A DNA stretch of 64,000 nucleotides from an uncultured Planctomycetaceae bacterium (GTDB lineage Bacteria > Planctomycetota > Planctomycetia > Pirellulales > Pirellulaceae), in the NCBI GenBank assembly GCA_963776055.1, contig CAVZLD010000005.1, positions 121,685-185,684 on the forward strand, in the 5' to 3' direction. The notes below the pieces were generated by a model, which did no database searches, was not told where the DNA came from, and saw nothing but the letters and a program-made list of their open reading frames with translations. Of the stretch, positions 20,701 to 31,207 are shown one piece after another. How positions within the stretch are numbered: position 1 is the stretch's first letter; the number at the start of each line of letters is the position of its first letter. Made by a program: the position numbers and the translations under genes.

Positions 20701-20800
20701 GCGCAACAAACGAATCCGGCTTGCGCCAATCACCGGATCCGAACGAAGCGATGGACCCAATGGAAGTGGGACCGACGGAGCCGATCGAGGAGAGTGCCCC

Positions 20801-22525
20801 ATGATTCTACCTCGGTCGGATCGTCACCTGGAACGCCGTGGAGTCGTCCTGTTCGTAATCACAATCGTGATCGCACTCGTCTCACTGTCCGCCTACGGCT
20901 TCGCCGTGCTGATGCAAACGGAATACCGCGCAACGCAACTGCGAGGAGATCAGATCCAAACGGAACAAGTAGCGGCGTCCGGCGTGGACTACCTGCGAGC
21001 GATTCTGTCGCATTCACGTTCTCAACGAACGGAATGGGGAGGATGGCAGGACAACGCTCCTTTGTTTCGCGATCAGATCGTCGATTTCGATCTTCAGCTC
21101 GCCCGCACCGGTCGGTTCAGCATCGTCTCACCCTACCATGCCGCGGAAGATGCACCACCGCAGTATCAGTTCGGGGTAGAAGACACCTCCAGCAAGTTGT
21201 CGCTGGAAGCGTTGTTACGATGGGACCAACAGACTCCCGGCAGTGCCCGCCAGGCACTGCTGCAATTACCGGGAATGGATGACTCCCTCGCCGATGCGTT
21301 ACTGGACTGGATCGATCCGGATGATGAGGAACGGGAATTCGGTGCTGAATCGGAATATTATCTCGAGCTGGAACCTTCTCGGCAGCCGGCCAACACACTA
21401 CCAACGATCCTGGATCAATTGCTGGCCGTTCGCGGATTCACATCCGGGCAGTTGCTCGGACTGGAGCCTTACCAGTCCCAGGAAACAGTCGATTCCGACG
21501 GCACCGATACCGGAACTCGAATACCGATCCCTTCGCCGCCGGTCACTTCCCCAGCCGACAGCTTGGGAACAACTTCGTGGAGCGGTGCTAGTGCCACAGG
21601 CATGTCACAAGTACCGTGGTCCCGCTATCTGACGGTTTACAGTGCCGAGCGAAACGAAACGTGGGAAGGGGAGCCCCGGATCAACTTGAACTCGGCGGAC
21701 CTGAGTGAACTGCACCAACAGTTGACCGAGTTGTTTGACGAGTCGATCGCGAACTTCGTCATTGCGCTGCGCCGCTACGGACCCACCTCCTCGACGACGG
21801 GAAATCTGCAGACCGGCCCCGCACCCCTGGTTGCGTTCCAAGAACAAGCGAGCTTCACGTTCACTTCACCGCTCGACATCATCGACGCCTACGTCGCGAT
21901 CCCCAACGAGCCGCGGCCAGACGCATCCGATGATTCTTCCGAGCCGCAAACCACGACTTACGCCAGTCCTTTTTCAACGCAGCAAGGTTCACTGCGCGAG
22001 GAGCTGGTCGCCTTCTGCGATGGAACAACCACCAGCAGCGATGAGCGTTTTTTCGGAAGAATCAACATCCAACAAGCTCCGCGGGAAGTCTTATTGGGAA
22101 TTCCGGGCATCTCGGCGGAGACCGTTGACCAGCTGTTGTCATCCCGCGAGACGGGTAGCCGGGACACGGAGAGCCAGATCCATCCCGTGTGGCTGCTCGT
22201 TGAAGGGATTGTCGACTTGCCAACGATGAAGCAGTTGTTGCCCTGGCTGAACACGGGAGGCGACGTAATTCGCGCCGAAATCATCGCCTACTACGAGCAC
22301 GACTCGCCATGGACGCGGCAGGAAACAATGCTGGACGGTACCCGCAAGGGAACTCCGGCGATATACTATAGAGACCTCCGCCGCATGGGACGCGGTTTCC
22401 GCTGGGAGCAACTGGCGCGGGAATCAAGTTCGCCCGATTCGGCGACGTCCCCCCCACCCACCGAGGATCTCCCAGGTCCATACTCGATCAGCCAACCAAC
22501 TTCCGAATCGACTCCGTTCCCATAA
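20801..22525 (+). CDS. GspK-like minor pseudopilin / T2SS protein K
   Basis: The N-terminus MILPRSDRHLERRGVVLFVITIVIALVSLSAYGFA is a GspK-type N-terminus. The GspK middle domain reads TSSKLSLEALLRWDQ..LLQLPGMDDSLADALLDWIDPDDE..GAESEYYLELEP. Confidence 0.7.
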   Translation: MILPRSDRHLERRGVVLFVITIVIALVSLSAYGFAVLMQTEYRATQLRGDQIQTEQVAASGVDYLRAILSHSRSQRTEWGGWQDNAPLFRDQIVDFDLQLARTGRFSIVSPYHAAEDAPPQYQFGVEDTSSKLSLEALLRWDQQTPGSARQALLQLPGMDDSLADALLDWIDPDDEEREFGAESEYYLELEPSRQPANTLPTILDQLLAVRGFTSGQLLGLEPYQSQETVDSDGTDTGTRIPIPSPPVTSPADSLGTTSWSGASATGMSQVPWSRYLTVYSAERNETWEGEPRINLNSADLSELHQQLTELFDESIANFVIALRRYGPTSSTTGNLQTGPAPLVAFQEQASFTFTSPLDIIDAYVAIPNEPRPDASDDSSEPQTTTYASPFSTQQGSLREELVAFCDGTTTSSDERFFGRINIQQAPREVLLGIPGISAETVDQLLSSRETGSRDTESQIHPVWLLVEGIVDLPTMKQLLPWLNTGGDVIRAEIIAYYEHDSPWTRQETMLDGTRKGTPAIYYRDLRRMGRGFRWEQLARESSSPDSATSPPPTEDLPGPYSISQPTSESTPFP

Positions 22526-22658
22526 TTGCTGAGCACCAACCACGAAATCTTCCTACCGAAACGGGTGGTCGCCACCGACGGTGGCCGACGCCATCCCGAT
22601 CCACGCAAACTCTCCCGCCAATCCAAGCGAACGTGCCTACCGTTCCGACTGAGGGGTT

Positions 22659-24158
22659 ATGCTCCGCCTGAAACCAAGTCATTCGACCGTCGTCGCCTGT
22701 TCCTGGCATCAACACCGCCTGCTGATCCTGGTAGCCAAGGTGCGTGGTCGGGAGATCGAACTGGTGGACGCCCTCTCGGTCCCGCTCGATCAAAACGCGA
22801 CACCGGAGCAGATCGGAGAACGACTTGCCCAGGAGATGGGCGACCGACAGATCAAGCATTTCGACCTGCTAATCGGCCTGCCCCGCTCGCGTGTCGAGAT
22901 GTTGAGCCTGTCGCTACCTCCCGCAAGTGACGCGGAGTTGCCCGAATTGGTCCAGAACGAGGTTCTGCGGCAACTGACCGACTTGCCGGAGGATGCAGTC
23001 GTCGATTTCTATCAGAGCCAGGGCGATTCCGAAACATTACGGCGCGTCGAGGCAGCCGTACTGCGACCCGAAACACTCGGACAAGTACAGACCGTATGTG
23101 AGGCAGCCGGCCACACCGCCCGGCAAATGGTCTTGCGACCAATGGCGATCGCTTCGCTGTTTTCGCGGCTCGCCGGCCATGCCCACTCCAAGGCACTCCT
23201 GCTGACCGTGATGGACTGTGACGCAGACATGTCGCTGTTCTCCCACGGACAAGTCATCTTCAGCCGAACCGTTCGATTGATGGATGACGAAACGAGTGAC
23301 TTGGATTCGAGTCGGATGTCCGACGAAATCCGCCGGACGTTAGCTGTCGCCCCGCTGGAATCGCAAGATGACGACGATATCGGACATGTCTACATGTTCG
23401 ATGACTTGAAACGCTCCAACGAACTGATCGAGCAACTTGCCGACGACCTGCAATTGCCGGTTTCTCTGTTGGATCCCTTGGTGGGACTTCGCGTTCGCAA
23501 AGAAGTTGACCTGCAGCAGATTCACCGTTTTCCGGCGCTGATCGGCATGATCCGCGACTACGCCGAAGAAAACGCGGCAATCGATTTTGCACATCCGAAA
23601 GAACCGCCGCCGCCACCGCGCTACGGACGGAAGATTGCGTTCTATTCGACCGCCGCCGCCGTCGCCCTCCTGTCCGTTTTCTTCCACTTTCGGTCACAAT
23701 TGCACACGACCGTAGAAACGGCCCGCGACCTGGCCCAAGAGGTCAAGCAGAAGGAAGACGAACTCAAACGCTGGCGCCAACGTACTGCCGTCGTCGATGC
23801 CGTTGCGCGTTGGGAGACCAGGGAGATCCACTGGTTGGATGAACTGCGATTCCTGTCCGAACGCTTTCCGTCGGCTGATCAAGCGGTCGTTCAGCGCGTG
23901 ACCATGGCTCCCACCAGCGCCGGCACCGGAGTGATTTCGATGAGCGTTCGAGTCAGCACGCCCGAAGCAATCAGCCGACTGGAAACGAGCCTTCGCGACG
24001 ACTATCACAAGGTGAGCAGTAAACGGATTTCGCAATCAGAAGGCGCACAAGACTTTCCTTACCAGTTTGAAACCAGCGTCGCCGTACGACCCAAACCGGT
24101 CGAAGAACAGCTGCCGCAAGAATCGACGACCGAGCCGCTCGTGGCGAAGCAACAATAG
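22659..24158 (+). CDS. GspL-like assembly-platform protein (cytoplasmic actin-like/PilM-type domain, single TM, periplasmic domain)
   Basis: It is 499 aa. The TM segment is RKIAFYSTAAAVALLSVFFHF at residue ~330. The domain order matches GspL (PilM plus PilN-like). Confidence 0.65.
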   Translation: MLRLKPSHSTVVACSWHQHRLLILVAKVRGREIELVDALSVPLDQNATPEQIGERLAQEMGDRQIKHFDLLIGLPRSRVEMLSLSLPPASDAELPELVQNEVLRQLTDLPEDAVVDFYQSQGDSETLRRVEAAVLRPETLGQVQTVCEAAGHTARQMVLRPMAIASLFSRLAGHAHSKALLLTVMDCDADMSLFSHGQVIFSRTVRLMDDETSDLDSSRMSDEIRRTLAVAPLESQDDDDIGHVYMFDDLKRSNELIEQLADDLQLPVSLLDPLVGLRVRKEVDLQQIHRFPALIGMIRDYAEENAAIDFAHPKEPPPPPRYGRKIAFYSTAAAVALLSVFFHFRSQLHTTVETARDLAQEVKQKEDELKRWRQRTAVVDAVARWETREIHWLDELRFLSERFPSADQAVVQRVTMAPTSAGTGVISMSVRVSTPEAISRLETSLRDDYHKVSSKRISQSEGAQDFPYQFETSVAVRPKPVEEQLPQESTTEPLVAKQQ

Positions 24159-24232
24159 AGCCGACGCACGCGAAAGAACAACCGCCCCCTATTGCCTGAT
24201 TCGTTTCCCGTCACGCTCAAAACGAAACGACG

Positions 24233-25102
24233 ATGCCACAACGCCAGAAGATTCTGATTGCCCTCGTGACAACAATGCTGGTTGTGTACGTCGCCGATCT
24301 TGCCTACCGACGGCTCTACGCCGAGCCGGTGCAGAAAGCACAGACCGCAACCGAAACGCTCAAGAAGCGATTGCACAAGGCGGAATTGAATGTCCGCGCG
24401 GAGAAAAACAAGCTCGCGGCATTGGAAGACCTGCAAATCCGGAGCCTGCCCAGCAACTTGGAACTTGCCGTCTCGTCCTATCGCAGCTGGTTACTGAATC
24501 TCATCGAGCAAGCCGGGCTACGCGGGACGAGTGTCGATTCCAGCCCGCCGCTTCGCCAGGGCAACCTCTACTACCGGCTCGATTTCAACATCCGCGGAAA
24601 TGGAACCCTACCGCAGATCAACAACTTGCTCCGTTCGTTCTACGAATCGGGCTACCTCCACAAGATTCGCTCGATGTCGCTCAATCCAGCAGCCAGCGGT
24701 CAGGTCGATACGTCGATCACGGTCGAGACGATCGTGCTGCCCAACGCCAAGTTCGAGGACCGCCTGGCGGCACTCGATCCCCAGAACACTCCAGCGGACG
24801 AATACCGCGTGATCACTCGCCGCAACTTGTTTTCGGGCGGCGATCCGGTCGCATCCCGCATCGCGCTGACCGCGATTACCGTCGATGCGCAAGGACAACC
24901 GCAAGCCTGGATCACCGATCGGTCCACGGGCCAAACTCGAATCCTGGCCCCCGGAGATTCGCTGGCCTTGCCAGGAATCGACCTGAAGATTGTCGACGTC
25001 TCTCAAGACGGCGTGACCGTCGAGCTGGATGGTCAGTCACTCCGCCTCTCCATCGGGATGACGCTGTCGGACGCCCTGCGGCAAATTCCTCCAGCACGCT
25101 GA
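24233..25102 (+). CDS. GspM/PilO-like inner-membrane protein with C-terminal beta-domain (possible GspC/PilP-like secretin-contacting module)
   Basis: The N-terminal TM is ILIALVTTMLVVYV, followed by a coiled coil. The C-terminus reads TRILAPGDSLALPGIDLKIVDVSQDGVTVELDGQSLRLSIG. Its position lies between the gspL-like gene and the secretin. Confidence 0.55.
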   Translation: MPQRQKILIALVTTMLVVYVADLAYRRLYAEPVQKAQTATETLKKRLHKAELNVRAEKNKLAALEDLQIRSLPSNLELAVSSYRSWLLNLIEQAGLRGTSVDSSPPLRQGNLYYRLDFNIRGNGTLPQINNLLRSFYESGYLHKIRSMSLNPAASGQVDTSITVETIVLPNAKFEDRLAALDPQNTPADEYRVITRRNLFSGGDPVASRIALTAITVDAQGQPQAWITDRSTGQTRILAPGDSLALPGIDLKIVDVSQDGVTVELDGQSLRLSIGMTLSDALRQIPPAR

Positions 25103-25932
25103 GCACACCCACCGGGCCAGCAAAAACGCTGGAAAAACGCTGGGACAGGCCATGCGTGCGCTCCAGGGCGCGCTCACGTTCCGATCCGCGTTCATCCGCG
25201 ACAGCCGCCTTCCCGTCCGCGTCCCTACTGTCTCACTCCATCGCGTGGAGCCACCCCACGACGGCACCCAACGCCGGGACAGGCCATGCGTAGTCCGCGG
25301 AATTGCATAAGGGCGACGGACGCAGTCGGAAGATTCAGGAACGCGGATCGGAGGCGGACCACGCGGATGAATGCGGACCAGAGCGACGGCACCCCCAAGA
25401 CGGAAAACTCGAGGACCTGGGAGACACAGGCAAGGGAGAGAGCAGGGAGGGGTACTGGGAAGCTGTAAGACTCCGGTGCAGAGCCTCGAGCAGGAGACTC
25501 CCGGGACAGGCCATGCGTCCGCCCGAATACCTCCGCACGCTGAGCACACCCACCGGGCAGCAAAAACGCTCAAAAACGCCGAAAAAACGCCGGGACAGGC
25601 CATGCGCAGTCCGAAAAACGCCGGGACAGGCCATGCGCAGTCCGCGAAATTGCGCCTGAGGGCCACGGACGCAGTCGGAAGATTCAGGAACGCGGATCGG
25701 GGGCGGACCACGCGGATGAACGCGGACCAGGGCGACGGCACCCCCAAGACGGAAAACCCGGGAATCGGGAGAATCGGGGAGGCTCAAGCCGGGGAGACCT
25801 GCGCAGCTGCCACGGGGCAACGACAGAAGAGAAGTCAAAACGCCGAGCTTGACGCGATCCTGCGGATCACTTAGCATTCCCCCGAATTTTCCCTGGATTC
25901 CTTGCCCATTTTGACAGGCAATCTGATTCAGC
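25103..25932. repeat. 830-bp non-coding repeat-rich spacer: two copies of a ~95-bp direct repeat (25317-25420 and 25667-25760), two copies of gctgagcacacccaccgggc(c)agcaaaaacgct (25095 and 25536), and five copies of the 15-mer cgggacaggccatgcg
   Basis: This is direct reading of the sequence. The 15-mer is at 25143, 25278, 25504, 25594 and 25624. The long repeat reads cggacgcagtcggaagattcaggaacgcggatcgg.ggcggaccacgcggatgaa.gcggaccag.gcgacggcacccccaagacggaaaac. Confidence 0.75.
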
Positions 25933-28900
25933 ATGGATGACGTCTTGGAAGTTTATCGACTGCACAGACGCACGATTGGGCTCATCGCGTTGCTCATCGG
26001 CGTGGGACTCGCCCAACCGTCAACGATCGAGGGGCAGACACCGGAACCACCACCGAGTGCTGCCGCGCTGACGGTCCGGGGCTACGTTTGCCCGCCGTCG
26101 GAGCAGTCCGCAACGATCGCCCGGCTGCGGACGTTTTTTGAATCGGTCGATGGCTTTCGTGTCTCTTCGGACCCGAACACGGCGCAGCTGTTGGTGGTTG
26201 CACCGCCGGAGGTCCACGCAGCGATCGAAGATCAACTCGCCGCGGCAAAGCCATCTCGGGCGGAGCTGACGGTTCCACCGCGACTGTGGGACGAACCCAA
26301 CGCAAAATTACGTTTTCGGCCCGCGACCTCATCGCCCCCGACGGCCACGACCGTGGAAAGTGAAGCCACGACGCGTTTTCTGCTGATCCGTGGCGATGTC
26401 GCCCGGCTGCAGCAACGTCTCGCGACCGTGTTGGGAGGTCGATTGCGACGGTTTGCTCCGGACGGGCAGCCTACGTATGTGCTCGAATCAGGAACCGGCC
26501 CGGTGGCGGAATTGGTCTTTGACGTACGCCGCGGTGGTGTGCTGGTCACGGCGCGGGAGCGTGTCTTGCAGCAGTTGACGCTGCTCTTCCGTCGCTGGAG
26601 GCGAACGCCGCCGGCGAAGGTCGACGAACGGCCGTCGTATCGATTGAGCGAGCGGATCCGGCCAAGCTGCAGCAGACGATCGACGCCTACCGTGCGGCGG
26701 CCCCCGAGCCGGAGGACTCGTCGCAGCGGACGCGACGTTCGGCCCAGCGGCCGCTGGCCCTGGTGAATTTCGTGCTCCAAGAGGGAGCCGCAGAGGCCGC
26801 CCCGGAAGCGGACGCAACTCCCCCCGCTTCGGCCGACGATCTGGCACCCTCCAGCGACCTGGATGTGGATGTCGAAGTCCAGACCCTGCCGGACTTGGAT
26901 GTGATCATTCTACGCGGCCGCGACAGCGACGTGCAGAAACTCACGGAGATCATTCAGGAACTGGAACGGCTAAGCCGCGAGACGCAGCCGCAGATCCGCA
27001 TCTATCAACTAAAACATGCGCCAGCGAAGCAATTGCGGAAATCGTGCAGCAGGTCAGTGAGGACCTGACCGGTCGGCGACAAGGGCGTGTCAGCGCAACT
27101 CCGCTCGTCAAACCCAACGCACTTCTACTGATTGGCTGGGGAGACGCGATCGATTCGATGGTGGAATTGATTGGCAAGCTCGACCGAGCGGTGGCGCCGG
27201 AAACGCAATTCGAAGTCTTTCGTCTCCAGCACGCCGCCGCACCGTTGATCGCAAATTCGCTTTCGCAATTCTTTTCCGAGCGCGAGGGGCTTGGCCCCAC
27301 CGTCCAGGCGTTGGCCGACATCCGCACGAATTCGGTGATCGTGTACGCGGCTCCGCGGGACATGGAGGAAGTCCAACGGCTCGTAGAATCGCTGGACAAG
27401 GCAGGCAGCGAAGCCGTCAATCGGGCCAGGGTCATCACGATCCGCAATGCATTGGCCGCCGACGTCGCCGACACTCTGCAACAGGCGATCGACTCGGCAG
27501 ACGGAACCGGCGCGCCCTCCGCGATCCTGGAACTGCTGACCATTGACGAACGCGGCGAAGAGATCGTGAAGTCCGGGATGCTGAGCAACGTCCGCATCAC
27601 CGCCAACCCACGCAACAATACGCTGATCATCTCCGGACCGAATGAGAGTATGGCGTTGTTGGAAGAGCTGGTTCGCCAGATGGATGTACCGGGCGCCGTC
27701 TCGCAAATCAAGGTTTTTCGCATTCTGAATGGAGACGCATCCAGCCTGGTGCAAACGCTGCGTTCTTTGATACCTTCGCAAGTGGGCGCAGCCGCAATCG
27801 GCCCGCAACTGCCGAGCGCCGAGGGTGAGACTTCCCTGGCACCGCTTCGTTTCTCGGTTGACACTCGCACCAACAGCATTATCGCCGCCGGATCGGAAGG
27901 TGATCTGCGAATCATCGAAGCATTGCTCTTGCGATTGGATGAGCGGGACTTAGCCGAACGGCAAACCGAGGTATATCGGTTGCGGAATGCTCCGGCCCTG
28001 GACGTCGCCACTGCGGTAAACGAGTTTCTAAGAAGCGAACGGATTGTGCAGCAGGCGGCACCCGGTAGTGAGAGTCCTTTCGAACAGATTGAACGTGAGG
28101 TGGTGGTCGTCCCGGAACCGGTAGGAAACTCACTGATCATCAGCGCCACACCGCGCTACTTCGACGAAATCCACGAGCTAGTGGTCGACCTGGACGAGCA
28201 GCCTCCGCAGGTGATGATTCAGGTCGTCATCGCCGAAGTTTTGATGGACAACACGGACGAATTTGGCGTCGAACTGGGACTGCAGGATTCGATTCTCTTC
28301 GACCGCAGTCTGCTAGGAGACCTGGTCACCACGACTGTCACCGGTCAACAATCGACTCCCTCGGGGATCATTACGGCGACCGAAGAACTCATCCAGGCCG
28401 CGACCAACATTCCCGGTTTCGATTTCAACAACAAACCGCTGGGCAACAGTGGAAGTTCGCAGGCGCTGGCGAATTCCAATCGCGTCGGTGGCCAAGGACT
28501 ATCCAATTTCGACGTCGGACGAATCAACAACGAGTTGGGCTTTGGCGGCCTCGTGCTCTCGGCCAGCAGCGAAAGTGTCAGCGTGCTGATTCGTGCGCTC
28601 GAAGAATCGCGGCGTGCAGACGTTCTCAGCCGTCCGCAAATTCGCACCTTGGATAATCAATCGGCTTTCATCCAAGTCGGCCAACGCGTCCCGCGAATCA
28701 CAGCGTCCAACCTGACCGCCGGTGGGCTGCAGACCAACACCGTCGAATTGGAGAATGTCGGCATCATCCTCGGCGTCACACCCCGGATCAGCCCGGACAA
28801 CACGGTGGTGATGGAGATCGATGCTGAGAAATCGCAACTTGGTCCAGAAGAGAAGGGAGTTCCGATCACGGTTTCCCTCGACGGAACGGTGATTCGTTCT

Positions 28901-29590
28901 CCCAGTGTCGACATCCAGACGGCGCAGGCCACGGTCAGTGCGGCCAGCGGAGAGACAATCGTTCTGGGCGGAATGATCACGTCGCGCGACGAGACGATCT
29001 CGCGGCGCGTTCCCTATCTTTCCGACATCCCGGTCCTGGGAAATCTGTTCCGCTTCGATAGCACAACGGACATTCGCGCGGAGCTGTTGATTATCCTGAC
29101 TCCGCACGTAATCCGCTCCCCCGAGGACGCTCAGCGAATCAAAGAAACCGAGATGGCGCGCATGTCCTGGTGTGCAGCCGACATCTATGAAATCCACGGG
29201 GACGTGGGCGCGGCCTACGACCCGGGTGTGGTGAATGACCGGGACACGGAAACGGTCTATCCCGACCTGAATCCGCGCGGTGAGCCGGTCTCCTCTCCAC
29301 CGGAGCCCGACGGAACATTCGAGCCATCGCCAGAAGCACCGAGCGAGGACTACGAGCCAACGGAGCAAGACGCACTTCCGTTGCTCGACCCCAACGCCAG
29401 AGCCGTCAAGCCGCCGACCTCCCCCGAATCAACGCGCACCGGCTCCGGCGAGACGGCCCACAGCGGAGCAGCGCTGGCGCGCCCGGTGAGTCATTCCGAG
29501 ACCATGACACCGCGACCTCGGCGGCGGTGGAATATCAGACTGTCCGAAATGCTACCCTTCAAGTCACGCAAACAAGAATCGACGGAATGA
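25933..29590 (+). CDS. gspD: Type II secretion system secretin GspD (N-domains plus C-terminal secretin pore domain), ~1,200 aa, split over three frames by two apparent frameshifts (~26600-26760 and ~27000-27060)
   Basis: The N-terminal signal/TM is TIGLIALLIGVGLAQ. Secretin_N modules include DLDVIILRGRDSDVQKLTEIIQELERL and QIRIYQLKHA. The secretin domain ends ...VPYLSDIPVLGNLFRFDSTTDIRAELLIILTPHVIRS. Confidence 0.85.
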
Positions 29591-30420
29591 ACTCCCCAGC
29601 AACTCGATTCCAAAGCACTCCACACCGACCTTGGCACAAGGCGCCGGCTCGTCGGCTCGCGTTGGTCGGCCTGTGCGCGTTGTCGTTATCCGGTTGTGCG
29701 CGTTGGGACGTGCGCGAAGCATGGCCATGGAGCGATGCGGAGGAAGCGGTTCTGCCCGACCGCATTGTGCCGATGTGGACCGACACGATTCTATATCAAC
29801 CGGGTCACACCGGCGTGCGAGGTTTCGGGGCGAGACTCTATTTCTACAACCGGGAATCGAAGGAGCCGGTCGAAGTCGACGGAAAGGTGATCGTCTACGC
29901 GTTTGACGCCGAGAAGCCACAGTCGGGAATTCCGATCCCGGAGAAGAAATTTGTCTTCACGGCGGATCAACTGCCGCTGCATCACAGCCAGACCAGCCTG
30001 GGGCATTCCTACAGCCTGTGGCTCCCCTGGGATGAAGTCGGGGGCGCCACCCGACAGATCAGCTTGATCACCCGATACGAAGGTCGCGCCGGTGGCGTGA
30101 TCGTATCTGATCCATCACGGAAGTTGCTGCCGGGCATCACGCCAACGGGCGAATCATCGCCAGCGGAGGCCAATGGCTCGGCGGTCCAAGCCGCGTCGTT
30201 CGAAACAGAAACACGGCAGTCGGGGGAACGTCCCGAATCGATCACGATCGATGTTTCGCCGGACTTCGCGCGAAAACTGGCACCCGTTCCGCAGAAGCCC
30301 GACGCCCCGTCATGGGACGAAAGCCAAACCACGCCACGATCGGCACCCGCGGCCGCTCCGGCGGCACCGGAACGCGTCGAGCCGGCTGCGCCAGCGTCGT
30401 CGTCGGTCGATCCCACGCAA
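29587..30420 (+). CDS. Lipoprotein immediately downstream of and overlapping the secretin gene (candidate pilotin/secretin-associated lipoprotein); 3' end uncertain
   Basis: The ATG at 29587 overlaps the secretin TGA (ATGA). The lipobox reads ARRLALVGLCALSLSGCARWD. The low-complexity Pro/Ala-rich tail collides with the convergent BON gene, so the true stop is unclear. Confidence 0.5.
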
Positions 30421-30421
30421 C

Positions 30422-31080
30422 TTAGCGACCCGCCGGTGTCGGGGGCGGTGGGGGGACAAACTCGGATGCCGTACCACGATCGACTGTCAGCTCATTTTTC
30501 ACAGTCGAGATACCCGGCTCGAAACTGGCCAGAATCGAAGCCACCTGACGGTCTTCCGCGGAAGCAACCGTACCGCGCAAAATGGCTGTCCGCCCTGCCA
30601 CCGACACCTCGACCTCACTCCCCATGACACGCAATCGTCGCGTGAGATCCTCCCGCAATTGCTCCTTCGGCAACGGGTCATGGGGGAACTGGACCACCAG
30701 CCGTGGAGCGTACATCTCGTTGGCCGTTGGCATCCGAACCGGCTGATTGATGCTGGCCGACCGATCCGTCACTGGGCGCAATCCTGCCACTGCCGAACGA
30801 ACCGCTTGCACGGCGGCGCCGGCCTGTTCCATGCCGACAAAATCGCGCGTCTCCGTGCGATCGCTGCCCACAAAATTCCGCACGCTGCGATTCCCACGCA
30901 AGAAGCGCTGGTTTCGCAATGTTCCGACTTCCTCGCTCGCCCCCGGACCGCGCGCCGATTCAGCGGCCGACCGATTTGGCGCTGTCCAAACATCTGCGCC
31001 ACCGCAGAATCGCTGCTTCCTAGAAGAAGCAGACAGCCGAGCGTGATCGATCGCACCCACCAAGCTCTCGTACGGTTCAT
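30422..31080 (-). CDS. Secreted BON-domain protein (OsmY-like), with apparent frameshift between signal-peptide frame and BON frame
   Basis: The signal peptide MNRTRAWWVRSITLGCLLLLGSSDSAVAQ (ORF 30769-31080) sits in one frame. The BON domain RLRVMGSEVEVSVAGRTAILRGTVASAEDRQVASILA..ISTVKNELTV is in the adjacent frame (30422-31129 ORF). Confidence 0.5.
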
Positions 31081-31207
31081 TTCCCGTTGCCCCTTCGTCG
31101 ATCCCGTGCCACGCGACGGATCGACGCACTTACAATGCTGCGAGGCCTCACACGATTTGCGAGGCCTCGCTTGGTCTGTCCAGTGAACTCACCGAAGTTC
31201 GTCCCGT

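Noticed and set aside
25103-25932. Possibility that the 25.1-25.9 kb repeat region is a CRISPR array or an IS element
   Set aside because: The repeats are irregularly spaced with two different long units. No transposase ORF and no terminal inverted repeats were seen.
26950-28149. 399-aa ORF on the minus strand inside the secretin gene
   Set aside because: This is a mirror ORF typical of high-GC DNA. It has Ser/Ala/Arg-rich low-complexity translation and no motifs, and the opposite strand encodes a well-conserved secretin.
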